Assembly (NCBI GenBank): GCA_002269645.1
Contig: NIVC01001531.1
Span: 2,691-66,690, forward strand
DNA from: Macrostomum lignano
Lineage: Eukaryota
DNA: 64,000 nt
Reading direction: 5' to 3'
The notes under the pieces are model-generated. The model ran no database searches. It was not told where the DNA came from and saw only the letters and a program-made list of their open reading frames with translations. Both the position numbers and the translations under genes were made by a program. Shown piece by piece: positions 35,897 through 48,600 of the stretch. Each line of letters starts with the position of its first letter. Position 1 is the first letter of the stretch.

Positions 35897-36950
35897 ATAT
35901 TTACAATTAAATACTAGGCTAGAAAAATAAAGCACAATGGTATAAAGCTAAATTTAAAATTAAATTAAAAAGTTTCAAATAATATAACTTTACTATATTA
36001 TAGTATAGGTCCTATATTCTTTGATTTTAGCCTTATAAATTATAATAGATTAGGCCTAGCCCTAAGGCTAAGGCCGTAGGCGGCAGGCCTACTTATTACT
36101 AAGACAAATTGCAATTTAACCAATAATATAGTAGACATAGATACAATAGCAATAACAGTACTTCCTCTAGAGCCTACCCCACAACCTGGCCTGGTAGTAA
36201 TATAATTAATGAATAGCTAATATATCTAGGCTTAATAAAAATGATTAAAATTGACATTGTTATTATTGCAGCCACTTCAATTTTATTATTATCAATTATA
36301 GAGTTACTACATAGATTCAAGTAGGCCCTACTAGGTTTAGTATTGGATAAAGGACTAAATTTATGATAAAATTATACAAAATATTATATCCATAGTTAAA
36401 AACTATGAATAAAAAATATTCATAGTTTAACGATCTGCATTTGCATTACTTGCCACATGTTTTGTTTTGTATCCTGACCAGTATATTAAGACTTCGTATA
36501 TTTTATATTCTATAGGCCTTTTGAATTATATACTTGCATCTTAATACTAAAACTGGTGCGATGTTTGTACTGTCTAATTCTGCTGTTTTTTTAAAAAAAA
36601 GCTACGATGTATATGCTTGGCGCGATGATGACGACGCGATAATTCTCGGTGTAGACCTGTGCTGTTTTTAAACTTACGAAACAATATTCACTATAACAAA
36701 AGGTGACAAAACTCATAAACGAAAGACACCATTAGTTTAGGAATATTTTAGTTCAAATAAGCATTGAACTCAAAAACACAGCAAAATCATCATACAAAAA
36801 ATCTTCAAATTGAAACTCAAGAGTACAATAAAAATCAACAACACCCCGACTGTTCGTATGTATTTTAACTACGAGCTCGTACATGTATATTTATGTACGA
36901 TCGATCGATCGACTGGACGATTGATTACACAGGCCGCAGTCTCAGGGAGT

Positions 36951-37620
36951 CAGGGTGTCCGCGCCATGTATTTAGTTTCGATTTCCAGGTTTTCAAGAAT
37001 TTTTTTCGTGTTGCGTCTAGACTATTTTCAGGTTAGATTAACAGTTTTCAGTTATATATATAATTTCTCATTTTCATATAAAAAACTAACAATTGGACTT
37101 CGTGACGATCAGCACATGTTAAAAAACACTCTTGTTTAACGCTTTTAAAATAGTTAAAAGTTTTGTGTAGTTGTAAGAGCACGAAAAGTAAGATCAGCTC
37201 AGCTAAGCTTAGTTCAGCTTGCTCTGTTCATTTTTTCCGAGACTATTTGCGCAGCTCCCGGACAGGAATTAATTATGAAGCTTCAGTCTCCGCCAAAAGT
37301 GCTCGTATTGTTGCTTCCATCTTCTGTTCGATGCGTGAAATCTCTTCAGTTGCTCTTTTTTCAGCTTCACTATTATTAGTTATTCTGCTATTCGTTCTTC
37401 TTGTCGTCTAGGGCACGGCGGCAACGCTCGAATAGGGTGGCTTGGAAAGAGCAATATTCATCGGACCCCCAGCAGCTCTATAAATTGCGTCCTGAACTAG
37501 GCGCATGGACACCAAGGAACAGGGATCTGCAGAAGATTAGGCACCAGCAAAAAACCTCGGCCTGTGGGAATCATTCAAGGCATTGCTCCTACAATTAGAT
37601 ATCGATCAACGTTCTAGATA
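36951..37620 (-). pseudogene. Possible decayed hAT-like transposon end with a frameshifted transposase C-terminal fragment
   Basis: Terminus-like CAGGGTGTCCGC at 36951. Minus-strand pieces in different frames (SLVSMRLVQDAIYRAAGGPMNIALSK, CRRALDDKKNE and a coiled-coil AEKRATEEISRIEQKME) resemble, from memory, the C-terminus of hAT-like transposases. Confidence 0.35.
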
Positions 37621-38211
37621 GCTACTGTGCAGTTATTCAAATCAGACCTGTATTTTTGCTATAGCTACTAATTAAAGGAATAGATCAACAAAAACAACCC
37701 GAAATGTTTGATATTAGTAAAACTAGTAGTAAAACTGAACACCAACTACACCGTGCATAGCGGGTGCTGATTATTAAATAGATTTTATGCTCTTATGCAC
37801 ACGATATATTTATCGCAGAGAAAGAAAGGAAATATGGTGGCAATATTAGCTTATTGTACGTACATCTAATTCAGCTTGAGTGCTCTAGAGTAAAAAGCAT
37901 TTAGTACAAGTATATACGGAATAGCAACAGTAAAAAGCTACAGCTAATCAAGATTCTTTATAGCGCATGAAAAATGTATCATGACTGGTGGTGTACGCGA
38001 GGACAGATAATCAACATCAAAGACCAAGAAAATCTATATAAGCCTTTTAATCCTGATTTGTTTTTTTTAGTTTAAGATGAAAACACAATTAGTTCAACTA
38101 ATATACACACTACACAGGATAATATAATAAGAGAAAATTTACAAAGCTATCATTATTATTCTTAATAATCGTAAATAGTAAGTAGTACGGAAAGGCGCCA
38201 ATTGTAACGGA

Positions 38212-38477
38212 TCAGTCAGTCAGTCAGTCAGTCAGTCAGTCAGTCAGTCAGTCAGTCAGTCAGTCAGTCAGTCAGTCAGTCAGTCAGTCAGTCAGTCAGT
38301 CAGTCAGTCAGTCAGTCAGTCAGTCAGTCAGTCAGTCAGTCAGTCAGTCAGTCAGTCAGTCAGTCAGTCAGTCAGTCAGTCAGTCAGTCAGTCAGTCAGT
38401 CAGTCAGTCAGTCAGTCAGTCAGTCAGTCAGTCAGTCAGTCAGTCAGTCAGTCAGTCAGTCAGTCAGTCAGTCAGTC
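38212..38477. repeat. (CAGT)n microsatellite, about 66 perfect units
   Basis: Read directly. Confidence 0.98.
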
Positions 38478-39099
38478 GGACAGACATTTTTAAACCACAT
38501 ATAACACACAGACTCAGCTTAGCTGGTAACAGACAGAAGAGGAATAAAACTGGGTCATAAAAATTACAGATACAAAAAATTGAAAATCACAAAAATACTT
38601 AGCTCAATTAGAGAATTCAAACAAGTCGATAGCTCCTATAGCTGACAGGCAGATCTGGATATTATGATTACACGAAAGAGGGTGCTCTGTACATCTTCTG
38701 GGATTGCATATGAAAAGTGTGCAATAAAAAATGGAAAATACATTTAAACAACACTGATTATAACAAATGTTTAGTAGGCCACAATCAAAGTAAAGACACA
38801 CACACACACACACGATTATCCATGAGAAGTGGTCAAGATAGTCAAAAAACATCAAATGGTTGGCTAAGAAACTATTCATAATGATAATATCATCAATAGC
38901 AACTATAATAAGCTCGTACAGCGGCTGCTAAGTGATGGGATAGTTATAGAGAGGCCTACCCTGGTTACAGCTGTATCTAAATGTAGCAAATTGTGGCCTA
39001 CTAAACCGTAGGGGCCGTAGAGTCGTATCCGAGGCGTGCTGGAGTCATTGTAGAGTCACTGAGTTGCATCTGCGTCACTTAATGAATTCAGAATCGCAT

Positions 39100-39424
39100 T
39101 TCGCATTAACAGTTCAGTAAGAACTCTTTTTAGTCTACTTCAGTTAGTAACCGATTACACCTGCTCCAATTGGGCCAGATGTGCAACCGACAGCTCAGCC
39201 GCAGCTATTGCGCGGCGCATCTGAAGGCTGCGTACGGCTGTTCAGTCCATGGACTGGGGGGGGGGGGGGCGCCACACACCCTCAACTACCCCAGCTAACG
39301 CTGGCACCCATTTTAAGTTTTAAGTGTCTTTCTTAAAGACAAAAATTTTTCCGGTGGTGATATCGGGAATCGAACCCCCGACCTTCAAGTTGTGAGTCCG
39401 AAGCTCTAAGCACTAGGCTACATT
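39100..39424 (-). mobile_element. tRNA-derived SINE-like element just downstream of RNF123
   Basis: Minus strand gtagcctagtg (A box) ... ggttcgattccc (B box) at 39353-39424, with a poorly pairing anticodon arm around CAC. It is followed by aaatgggtgccagc, which resembles the central core of invertebrate SINEs. The 3' boundary is approximate. Confidence 0.6.
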
Positions 39425-39640
39425 ATTATACGTCATGATTACTTGAGTTAGTTGGAAGTTAAGCGTCAACACGACTTCTGGATGAAAGATTTTACAACTG
39501 ACGTGACTCAACAGTCGCCTCAGAGCCACTATCCCAACAATCAGCCCTTGTACAAGCTATTATAAAATACAATCAAAAGAGGCAGTCAACAAGAGTCAAA
39601 AAATCGATATCAGACACTTACAAAAGCCAACTCAATCAAT

Positions 39641-42600
39641 CTACATTTTAATCTGATTGCCAGAGAAATCTTCAACTTTTTTCACGGCCGCCTTACAGAA
39701 GAAGCATTCTCGTTTGTTGCTAAGCTGCAACGCGATGCAGGAGCCGCAGGAGCGGTGGCCGCACGGTTTGAACACTACGCTGAGCTTGTGCGCGTAGCAG
39801 ATTGGACACAGATCGTCCTCTGAGCAGCCGGTCAACTCTGAGTCTTCAACTAGGCTGTCCAGATCTTCGCCGAGTTGTTTGACAAATTCCAGCTCCGCTG
39901 AGGTGACCAGACCTTCTTCGTCACCCTTAGTAGCATAGGCGGCTAAAACTTCGTACACTTTAGTCAGTGTGCGCGAATTTAAACACGCTTCGCTTTTTAA
40001 ACTGCTCAATACAGTCTGTCGGCGGGTTGCCGCTGATGAGGCTGACCCTGAACCGGCCGTGAGCTCGCGGAGAAGGCCGCAGACGCCCGCTAGCAGGGGG
40101 AACAGGCCAGTGGCGCCACAGATGCTTGGCAATCGGAGCATGATCTGGCCAGCAACCTGCGGTTGTGTAGGGGGGATTTCCATTGCTTAGTTGTGTGCGA
40201 ATGAATGAGACTTGCCAAATCAAGTAAACTCTTATTTATTTGCCGCATTATCTAGCAGCCGATTTCTTTCTAAAAGCCTAGCAACAGATCCCATTCTCAC
40301 ACCATAGCAACAGACCCCAATCACCTAATTTTACCTTGGGACTTGAAAACTTAGTAATAGACTAAATTTCTAATCTCCCATAGCAACAGATCCCATCTCC
40401 TGTTCCCGTAGCAACAAGATTTCATCTACCATAAAAACAGATTCCATCCCCCGTTCCCATAGCAACACAAATCCCATCTCCCGTTCCTACAGCAACACAG
40501 ATCCCATCTTCCATTACCATAGCAACACAGTTCCCATCTCCCATAGCAACAGAGATTCCATCCCCCATTCCCGTAGCAACACAGATCCCATCTCCCGTTC
40601 CCATAGCAACACAGCCCATCTCCCGTTCCCATAGCAACACAGCCCATCTCCCGTTCCCATAGCAACACATATCCCATATTCCGTTTCCATGGCAACACAG
40701 ATCCCATCTCCCATGGCAACACAGATCCCATCTCCCATGGCAACACAGATCCCATCTCCCATAGCAGCACAGATCCCATCTCCCATGGCAACACAGATCC
40801 CATCTCCCATAACAACACGAATTCCATCTTCTGTTCCCACAGAAACACAGATCCCATCTCCCATAGCAGCACAGATTGCACCTTCCATAGCAACATAGCG
40901 AAAGCTTCCAGTAAGCTACCTGGCTCAGCCGGCTCAAAAACAAGCTAGAAGTTGGTTGCACAAAGAACTCAGGCGTTAAATGCGCCACCATCTCGAGCGC
41001 CCGGACCAGCACGACTGTCATGTCGAGGAAGCCAGACAGCACTTTGGCTCGCCGACTGCTGATGGCGGCTCCGGCGGCTGAGGCGGCATTCCGGCTGTCC
41101 TGCGACACAGACAGGTAGTCTGAGAAGCTCAGATTGAGCTTGTTAAGCAGGAAATCGACAATTTGACGTTGCAATGCCGGGTCGGAGACCAGGAGGGCGC
41201 GGATTTGGCGCTGATAAAATGCCGAAGGATACGGGTCTGCAATGGGAGAAACGACTCAACCTAATAACTTGGAGGTGGAAAGAAAAATTAGCAAACCTAA
41301 AGATCTTAGAATGGTGAAGGGATTTAAACATAGGATCAGTTCGGGAATCTGGGAATAGGATCAGTTAGGGGATCTGGGAATAGGATCATATTAGGGATCT
41401 GGGAATAGGATCAAATTGGGGTCTGGGAATAGGATCAGTTTGGGTAACTGGGAATAGGATCATATTAGGGATCTAGGAATAGGATCAGTTCGAGAATCTG
41501 GGAATAGGATCAGATTTGGGATGTGGGAATAAGATCAGTCTAGGGATCTGGGAATAGGATGAGTCCTAGGGAATCTAGGAATAGGATCAGTTTGAGGATC
41601 TGGGAATAGGATCAGTTTGAGGATCTGGGAATAGGATCAGTTTGGGGATCTGGGAATAGGATCAGTCTACTGGGAATCTGGGAATAGGATCAGTTTGGGG
41701 ATCTGGGAATAGGATCAGTCTACTGGGAATCTGGGAATAGGATCAGTAGGAATCTAGGAATAGGATGAGTCTCGGGAGTTTAGAAGACTAGTTAGAGGGT
41801 CAGACAATGAGAAGAATTTAGGACCAGTTTGAAGATCACGGAATGGGAATAAATGGGAGCAAGCTGAAGATCTGGGAATGGGAAGAATTGGGACCAGTTT
41901 GAGCATCTAGAAAATAAATGAAGGATCCCTGGGCTCCCACTAGAAACCAAAAACTCACCCAAATCAAAGCTCTTCGGAGTCGGAGTCGTATTAAACAACC
42001 GATTGGCAGCCAGCTGCTTCATCAGGTCGCCACCACCGCCGCTGCCGCCGGCGCTGCCAGCCTCGCCGGAAGCGTCAGCCAAGTCGTCTGGCTCTTCGGC
42101 GTACCGAAACGCGAACCCGTCGCCTTTCCAGAATCGAACCAGGACTCGATTAGTGAGAAACCAGCGCCTGCTATAGCCGGAATCTGACGAAGCCGGTAGC
42201 AACAAAGACTTTACTAGGGAAGCCGCTTCATCCTGGCTGAATCTTTGTAGCGCCTCGATGAAGTCAGGCTCGCAGGTGAGCACAACCAGATTAGACAGGA
42301 ACAGTTCGCGAGTCTCCGAGCTCACTATACGAGGATCGTCGAAATAGGCTGTGATGAAGCGGGCGAAGCTGAGCAGGATTTCTGCGCTATCTGTAGGCGG
42401 TTGAGATAGATAACTTTTATTCCTTAGTTAGATAAGATGATAATTTAGCTGTAGGATTACATAAATTACACTTATAGTCATCGTAAACAAGTTCTACTTC
42501 TCGTTTCAGAGATGGATGGATCCACAGACAGACAGACACAGACAGACAGATAGACAGACAGACAGAGAGAAGGACAGACAGACAGACGAACAGACAGACA

Positions 42601-45600
42601 GACACAGACAGACAGACAGACAGACAGACAGAGAGACAGACAGACAGACAGTGACAGACAGATAGATAGACAGACAGACAGACAGAAAGACTCACCCTCA
42701 GCGGTCTGGAACGGCACCAGCAGGCCGCACACATCCTTCAGAGTGTAGAACGCATTAGCCGCAGTGGAAACAAAATACTCGGGCAAGAATCGGAACAAAT
42801 TATTATTGTCCGCCTCTCCGCCAGCTCCAGCCGCTTTAGCAAAGGTCGCGGATAACACCGAGCACAGCCAACGAACAGAGGCGCGCATTTCGGGCGACAA
42901 TGGTCCGGCTAGCAGATGCGCCAGCGCCGCCTCTCGACCAATCAGATGATCGCGCAGCACCCGTTCGGCGGCTTCAATCCGCTGCCCGATGTCGGCCAGC
43001 CGATCCGGCGGACAGCGGGCCAGATTAGCTCTAGTCTGGTCCAGCGCGTCGCAATAAGACGCATAGTCTAGCAGCCGCTTGCTAGCCAGCACTAGCTGGC
43101 GGTAGACGCTCAGATAGAATAAAGCTATAGTGCAGTCCAATAGACGGATTAGGGGCAGAATTAGACTATGCTGCAATTGCTGCTGCTGCTGCTGCTGTTT
43201 GCGACTATGCCGACGGTGGTGCTGACTGCTGAGCGAGTGCATCTGCAACAGCAGCTGCTGTCGCTCGTCTAGGAATGTGGCAGTTGGCGACGAGCCAGCT
43301 GAAGTGCCGGCAGGACTGGAGGAGGGTGGCAGCAGGTGGCGGCAACCAAACTCGGCCAGCATTGCTGGTCCAAGCGGCTGCTGCGGATGGGCCGGCGTCG
43401 ATGGCGAAGGCGGAGTTGCCGAGGCCTACAGCGGTTTCAGTTTGATTGGGATAGGGATCTGGGAGGCTGGATCAGGAACTGGGGATCTGGGAGGCTGGCC
43501 CAGCAACTGAGGATCTGGGAGGCTGGCCCAGCAACTGAGGATCTGGGAGGCTGGTCCAGCAACTGACACTCTGGGAGGCTGGTCCAGCAACTGAGGATCT
43601 GAGAGGCTGGCCCAGCAACTGACACTCTGGGAGGCTGGTCCAGCAACTGAGGATCTGGGAGGCTGGTCCAGCAACTGACACTCTGGGAGGCTGGTCCAGC
43701 AACTGAGGATCTGAGAGGCTGGCCCAGCAACTGACACTCTGGGAGGCTGGTCCAGCAACTGAGGATTTGGAAGGCTGGCCCAGCAACTGAGGATTTGGAA
43801 GGCTGGCCCAGCAACTGACACTCTGGGAGGCTGGTCCAGCAACTGACACTCTGGGAGGCTGGCCCAGCAACTGACACTCTGGGAGGCTGGTCCAGCAACT
43901 GACACTCTGGGAGGCTGGTCCAGCAACTGAGGATCTGAGAGGCTGGCCCAGCAACTGACACTCTGGGAGGCTGGTCCAGCAACTGAGGATCTGAGAGGCT
44001 GGTCCAGCAACTGACACTCTGGGAGGCTGGTCCAGCAACTGAGGATCTGAGAGGCTGGCCCAGCAACTGACACTCTGGGAGGCTGGTCCAGCAACTGAGG
44101 ATCTGAGAGGCTGGCCCAGCAACTGACACTCTGGGAGGCTGGTCCAGCAACTGAGGATCTGGGAGGCTGGTCCAGCAACTGAGGATCTGAGAGGCTGGCC
44201 CAGCAACTGACACTCTGGGAGGCTGGTCCAGCAACTGAGGATTTGGAAGGCTGGCCCAGCAACTGAGGATTTGGAAGGCTGGCCCAGCAACTGAGGATTT
44301 GGAAGACTGGCCCAGCAACTGACACTCTGGGAGGCTGGCCCAGCAACTGGGGGTCTGAGAGGCTGGCCCAGAAACTAAGAATCTGGGAGGCTGGTGGGCC
44401 AGCATTAGACGATCTGGGGAGCTGGCCCAGCAACTGTTGATCCGGAAAGGTGCGGCAAGTCTCCTAGAGGATAAAAAACGATTAGACGCAAGTCACCTGT
44501 TGCTGCTCAGCCGTGGGCGAGCTACCCTCTTTATGGCCGCCGCCGCTTCCGCCCCGGCCAGTGAAGGTCAGCAGGGCGCCCAGACCTCCAACAAAGCGCC
44601 GTTTCCCGCTGCTAGCAGCCGAGTCCCCCAGCGAGCTCAGGCCGGCGCCGAAGCCGCCCCGCTGCCGATACTGCTCAGCCAGGGTGGCCGAAGAGCGCAG
44701 CACGGCAGACACTTCGTCTTTGTAAGTTTTGGCCAGGTAGGCTTGCAAACCGCCTAGCCGTTGGGCATCGTACGAGTCCAACTCTTCTAGGCAGAAATAT
44801 TCGGCTGGTATGTAGGGCTGCTGCTCGAATGGCTGCGATTAGAGAGAAGGTTCGAATCTCGGTAAAGAACAGTGGTTCGAAGTTCGAATGTTTAGTAATT
44901 TAAGATGAGGGTCTCGCAGGGTCTACTAAGTTCATGGGATCGAATCACTATGGTCTTCAGGGGTTCGAATGTAATCTCTATACAGGTCTGGGGTTCGAAT
45001 CTCTATGAAGGTCTGGGGTTCGTATCTCTATGAATGTCAGGAGTTCGAATCTCTAAGAAGGTCAGGGGTTCGGATCTCTAAGAAGGTCAGGGGTTTGAAT
45101 CTCTATGAAGGTCAGGGGTTCAAATCTCTATGAATGTCAGGGTTCAAATCTTTATGAAGGTCAGGGGTTCGAATCTCTTTGAAGGTCAGGGGTTTGAATC
45201 TCTATGAAGGTTGGGGTTTGAATCTCTATTAAGGTTGGGGTTTGAATCTCTATGAAGGTTGGGGTTTGAATCTCTATGAAGGTTGGAGTTTGAATCTTTA
45301 TGAAGGTTGGGGTTTGAATCTCGATGAAGGTCTGGGGTTTGAATCTCTATGAAGGTTGGGGTTCGAATCTCTATGAAGGTCTGGGGTTCGAATCTGTATG
45401 AAGGTCTGGGGTTCGAATCTCTATGAAGGTCTGGGGTTTGAATCTCTATGAAGGTTGGGGTTCGAATCTCTATGAAGGTCTGGGGTTCGAATCTGTATGA
45501 AGGTCTGGGGTTCGAATCTCTATGAAGGTCTGGGGTTCGAATCTCGATGAAGGTCGGGGTTTGAATCTCTATGAAGGTCTGGGGTTCGAATCTTGTTTTG

Positions 45601-48600
45601 TGGAAAATAAGATTTGGACCTATAGTAGATGTCAGTTAGAAATCAATATCTAAAACCATCAAAATGGATATACAAAAGCAATATTTAATAATACTACTAA
45701 CAGCCATCTCTGGTGTGCCATTCCATTTAGACTGAATAGTTCGCACCAAAGCGTGAAAAAAGGCCGGCATAGCGTGTTGCGGACAGCAGTCGCGCAGTAC
45801 AGCAGGCTGCATACTGACAGTATCCGGTGACATGTTGTCGCGTACAAACTCGTGCAGTCTATCAGCAAATATAGACAATGTACCGTCTGTGTGATTCATT
45901 AAAGTGCGCAGCATCTCTTGAATAAGATCGTCGACTTTGCTAATGCTGGCCTGATAGTCTGCTAGGCGAGATTGGGCTGAGGGGCCGAGGCGCCAGGCTA
46001 TGCTGGGGGTGGCGTGCGGACTGTTGCTGTACTTCTCGCGTTTCGAGTCCTCCTGCGCGGCAATAGGGGTATATGGGGTGTTTTGCTGTGATAGAGAGTG
46101 GGGTAATTAACAGAGTATGGTAAACTGTGGTAGAGTAAGGTAGGGTGTGGTAGAGTGGCATATAGTGTGATACAGTGGGTTAGGGTGTAGTAGAGTGGGG
46201 TAGGTGTGGTAAGATGTTAGACTCGGGTAGAGCATGGTAAGTGGTAGAGACCTAGGTATACATGCGCAACATTGGGAATCACCCGGCCGTTTCTATTGGC
46301 AACACATGTAAGTCGCTATTGGCTGAGAGCAGTCACGTGACTACTATTCAGTCCAGTAGCGACCTACGTGTCTGTGTTTCCAATAGAAACGGCCGGGTGA
46401 ATCCCTAGGTTGCTCCCAAGCATGGACCTAGGGTAGAGCATGGTAGAGTGAGGTCGCGTGTGATAGAGTGGGGTAATGTGTTGTACAGTTGGGTAGACTA
46501 TGGTAGGGTGTGATAGAGTAGACAAAATATGACAGAGTAGAGTAGGAAAGTGTGGTAGAGCGCATCAGTTTATGGGAGCACCCCAACTGCCAGCCGGAAA
46601 ACTGCCAGCCGACAACTGCCAGTCGACAATTGCCAGCCGAGAAATCTGCCAGCCGACAAGTTCTAGCTAATTGAATCTAATGTAGCCTACTTATTAGCTA
46701 AGTAAAAAGCACGAAACTGTTTGGCTAGCAAAAGGCTTGTGGGGTAGCCTTAAATGTCGCCCTTCCCTTTCCTAATTTTTTCAGATTTCCATTAGAAGTA
46801 TATATGTGAAGGAGAAGGCATTCTGTAATGCCTATTGTAAATATTTCTGTATTGAAAGTTTATTTACTTTATTATTTAATTTGCGATTGCTTTATGACGC
46901 AATCCTAGATAAGTGCCAAGAAATAAAGCTTTCAAAGAAAGAGCAAAGGCTACCTAAAATACGAAATTTGAATGCCTTCTCCTTCACATATATACTTCTA
47001 ATGGAAATCTGAAAAAATTAGGGAAGGGAAGGGCGACATTTAAGGCTACCCCACAAGCCTTTTGCTAGCCAAACAGTTTCGTGCTTTTTACTTAGCTAAT
47101 AAGTAGGCTACAGTAGATTCAATTAGCTAGAACTTGTCGGCTGGCAGTTGTTGGCTGGCAGATTTCTCGGCTGGCCTTTTTTCGGCTGGCAGTTTTCTCG
47201 GCTGGCAGTTTTCCGGCTGGCAGTTTTCTCGGCTGGCAATTGTCGGCTGGCAGTTGTCGGCTGGCAGTTTTCCGGCTGGCAGTTGGGGTGGACCCTCAGT
47301 TTATAGAGGCGAATAGACTGAAGTGGGATGGATAGGAGAGGAAGTTAACCAATACACTTACAAAAATGTGCGGCTCCTTAGTGAACAGTAACTCCGGCAA
47401 TTGATTAACAAAGCAGAACACTGGCAATTCCACGGTATCAAACAGTACAGAGGAGACTAAATAACGCCTAGCGCAATCGTGTCTGAGCATAGCCAATAGG
47501 ATGGTCAGGCAGGTGCGCTGATGAGCGTAATCTCGGCTGGGATGGCTGTGACAGGTGGCGAATAGGGCCGACACGATGGAGGCTAAGGCGCGTTGGCAGG
47601 AGTCCCGCTGGAAATAAACAGCATATGAGTATATAATACTAGTTAATATTGCCCGTTGTGAATAAAGGGAGTCAGGTATCAGATATACCCAATATAATGA
47701 AAGTAAAGGCGAATCTCATAGTGGCTAGAGGGCGAATCTCATAGTGGCTAGAGGACGAATCTCATAGTGGCTAGAGGACGAATCTCATAGTGGCTAGAGG
47801 ACGAATCTTATAGTGGCTAGAGGACGAATCTCATAGTGGCTAGAGGACGAATCTCATAGTGGCTAGAGGACGAATCTCATAGTGGCTAGAGGACGAATCT
47901 CATAGTGGCTAGAGGACGAATCTCATAGTGGCTAGAGGACGAATCTCATAGTGGCTAGAGGACGAATCTCATAGTGGCTAGAGGACGAATCTTATAGTGG
48001 CTAGAGGACGAATCTCATAGTGGCTAGAGGACGAATCTCATAGTGGCTAGAGGACGAATCTCATAGTGGCTAGAGGACGAATCTCATAGTGGCTAGAGGA
48101 CGAATCTCATAGTGGCTAGAGGACGAATCTCATAGTGGCTAGAGGACGAATCTTATAGTGGCTAGAGGACGAATCTCATAGTGGCTAGAGGACGAATCTC
48201 ATAGTGGCTAGAGGACGAATCTCATAGTGGCTAGAGGACGAATCTCATAGTGGCTAGAGGACGAATCTCATAGTGGCTAGAGGACGAATCTCATAGTGGC
48301 TAGAGGACGATCTCATAGTAGCTAGAAAAACGGATCTCATAGTAGCTAAAGGACGAATCTCATAGTAGCTAAGAGACGAATCTCATAGTAGCTAAGAGAC
48401 GAATCTCATAGTAGATAGTGGCTAGAGGACGAATCTCAAAGTAGTTAACTAAGGGACGAATCTCATAGTTAATGGAAGAAGGAAAAATATCATAGTAGCC
48501 AGTGCCTTTTTTGCTTACGTTAAAAACGAAAGCTTACCTGTAGAAAAGTACAAATGTACTGCACAATAACCTCCAAATGGCATTGCCTAGCCTGCGGCAA

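Noticed and set aside
39353-39424. Functional tRNA-Val(CAC) gene; likewise a tRNA at 7612-7685
   Set aside because: A and B boxes are present but the anticodon and acceptor stems pair poorly and the sequence continues into a SINE-like body.
43426-44433. Three overlapping ORFs of 272-335 aa
   Set aside because: They are stop-free frames of a 28-bp intronic array.
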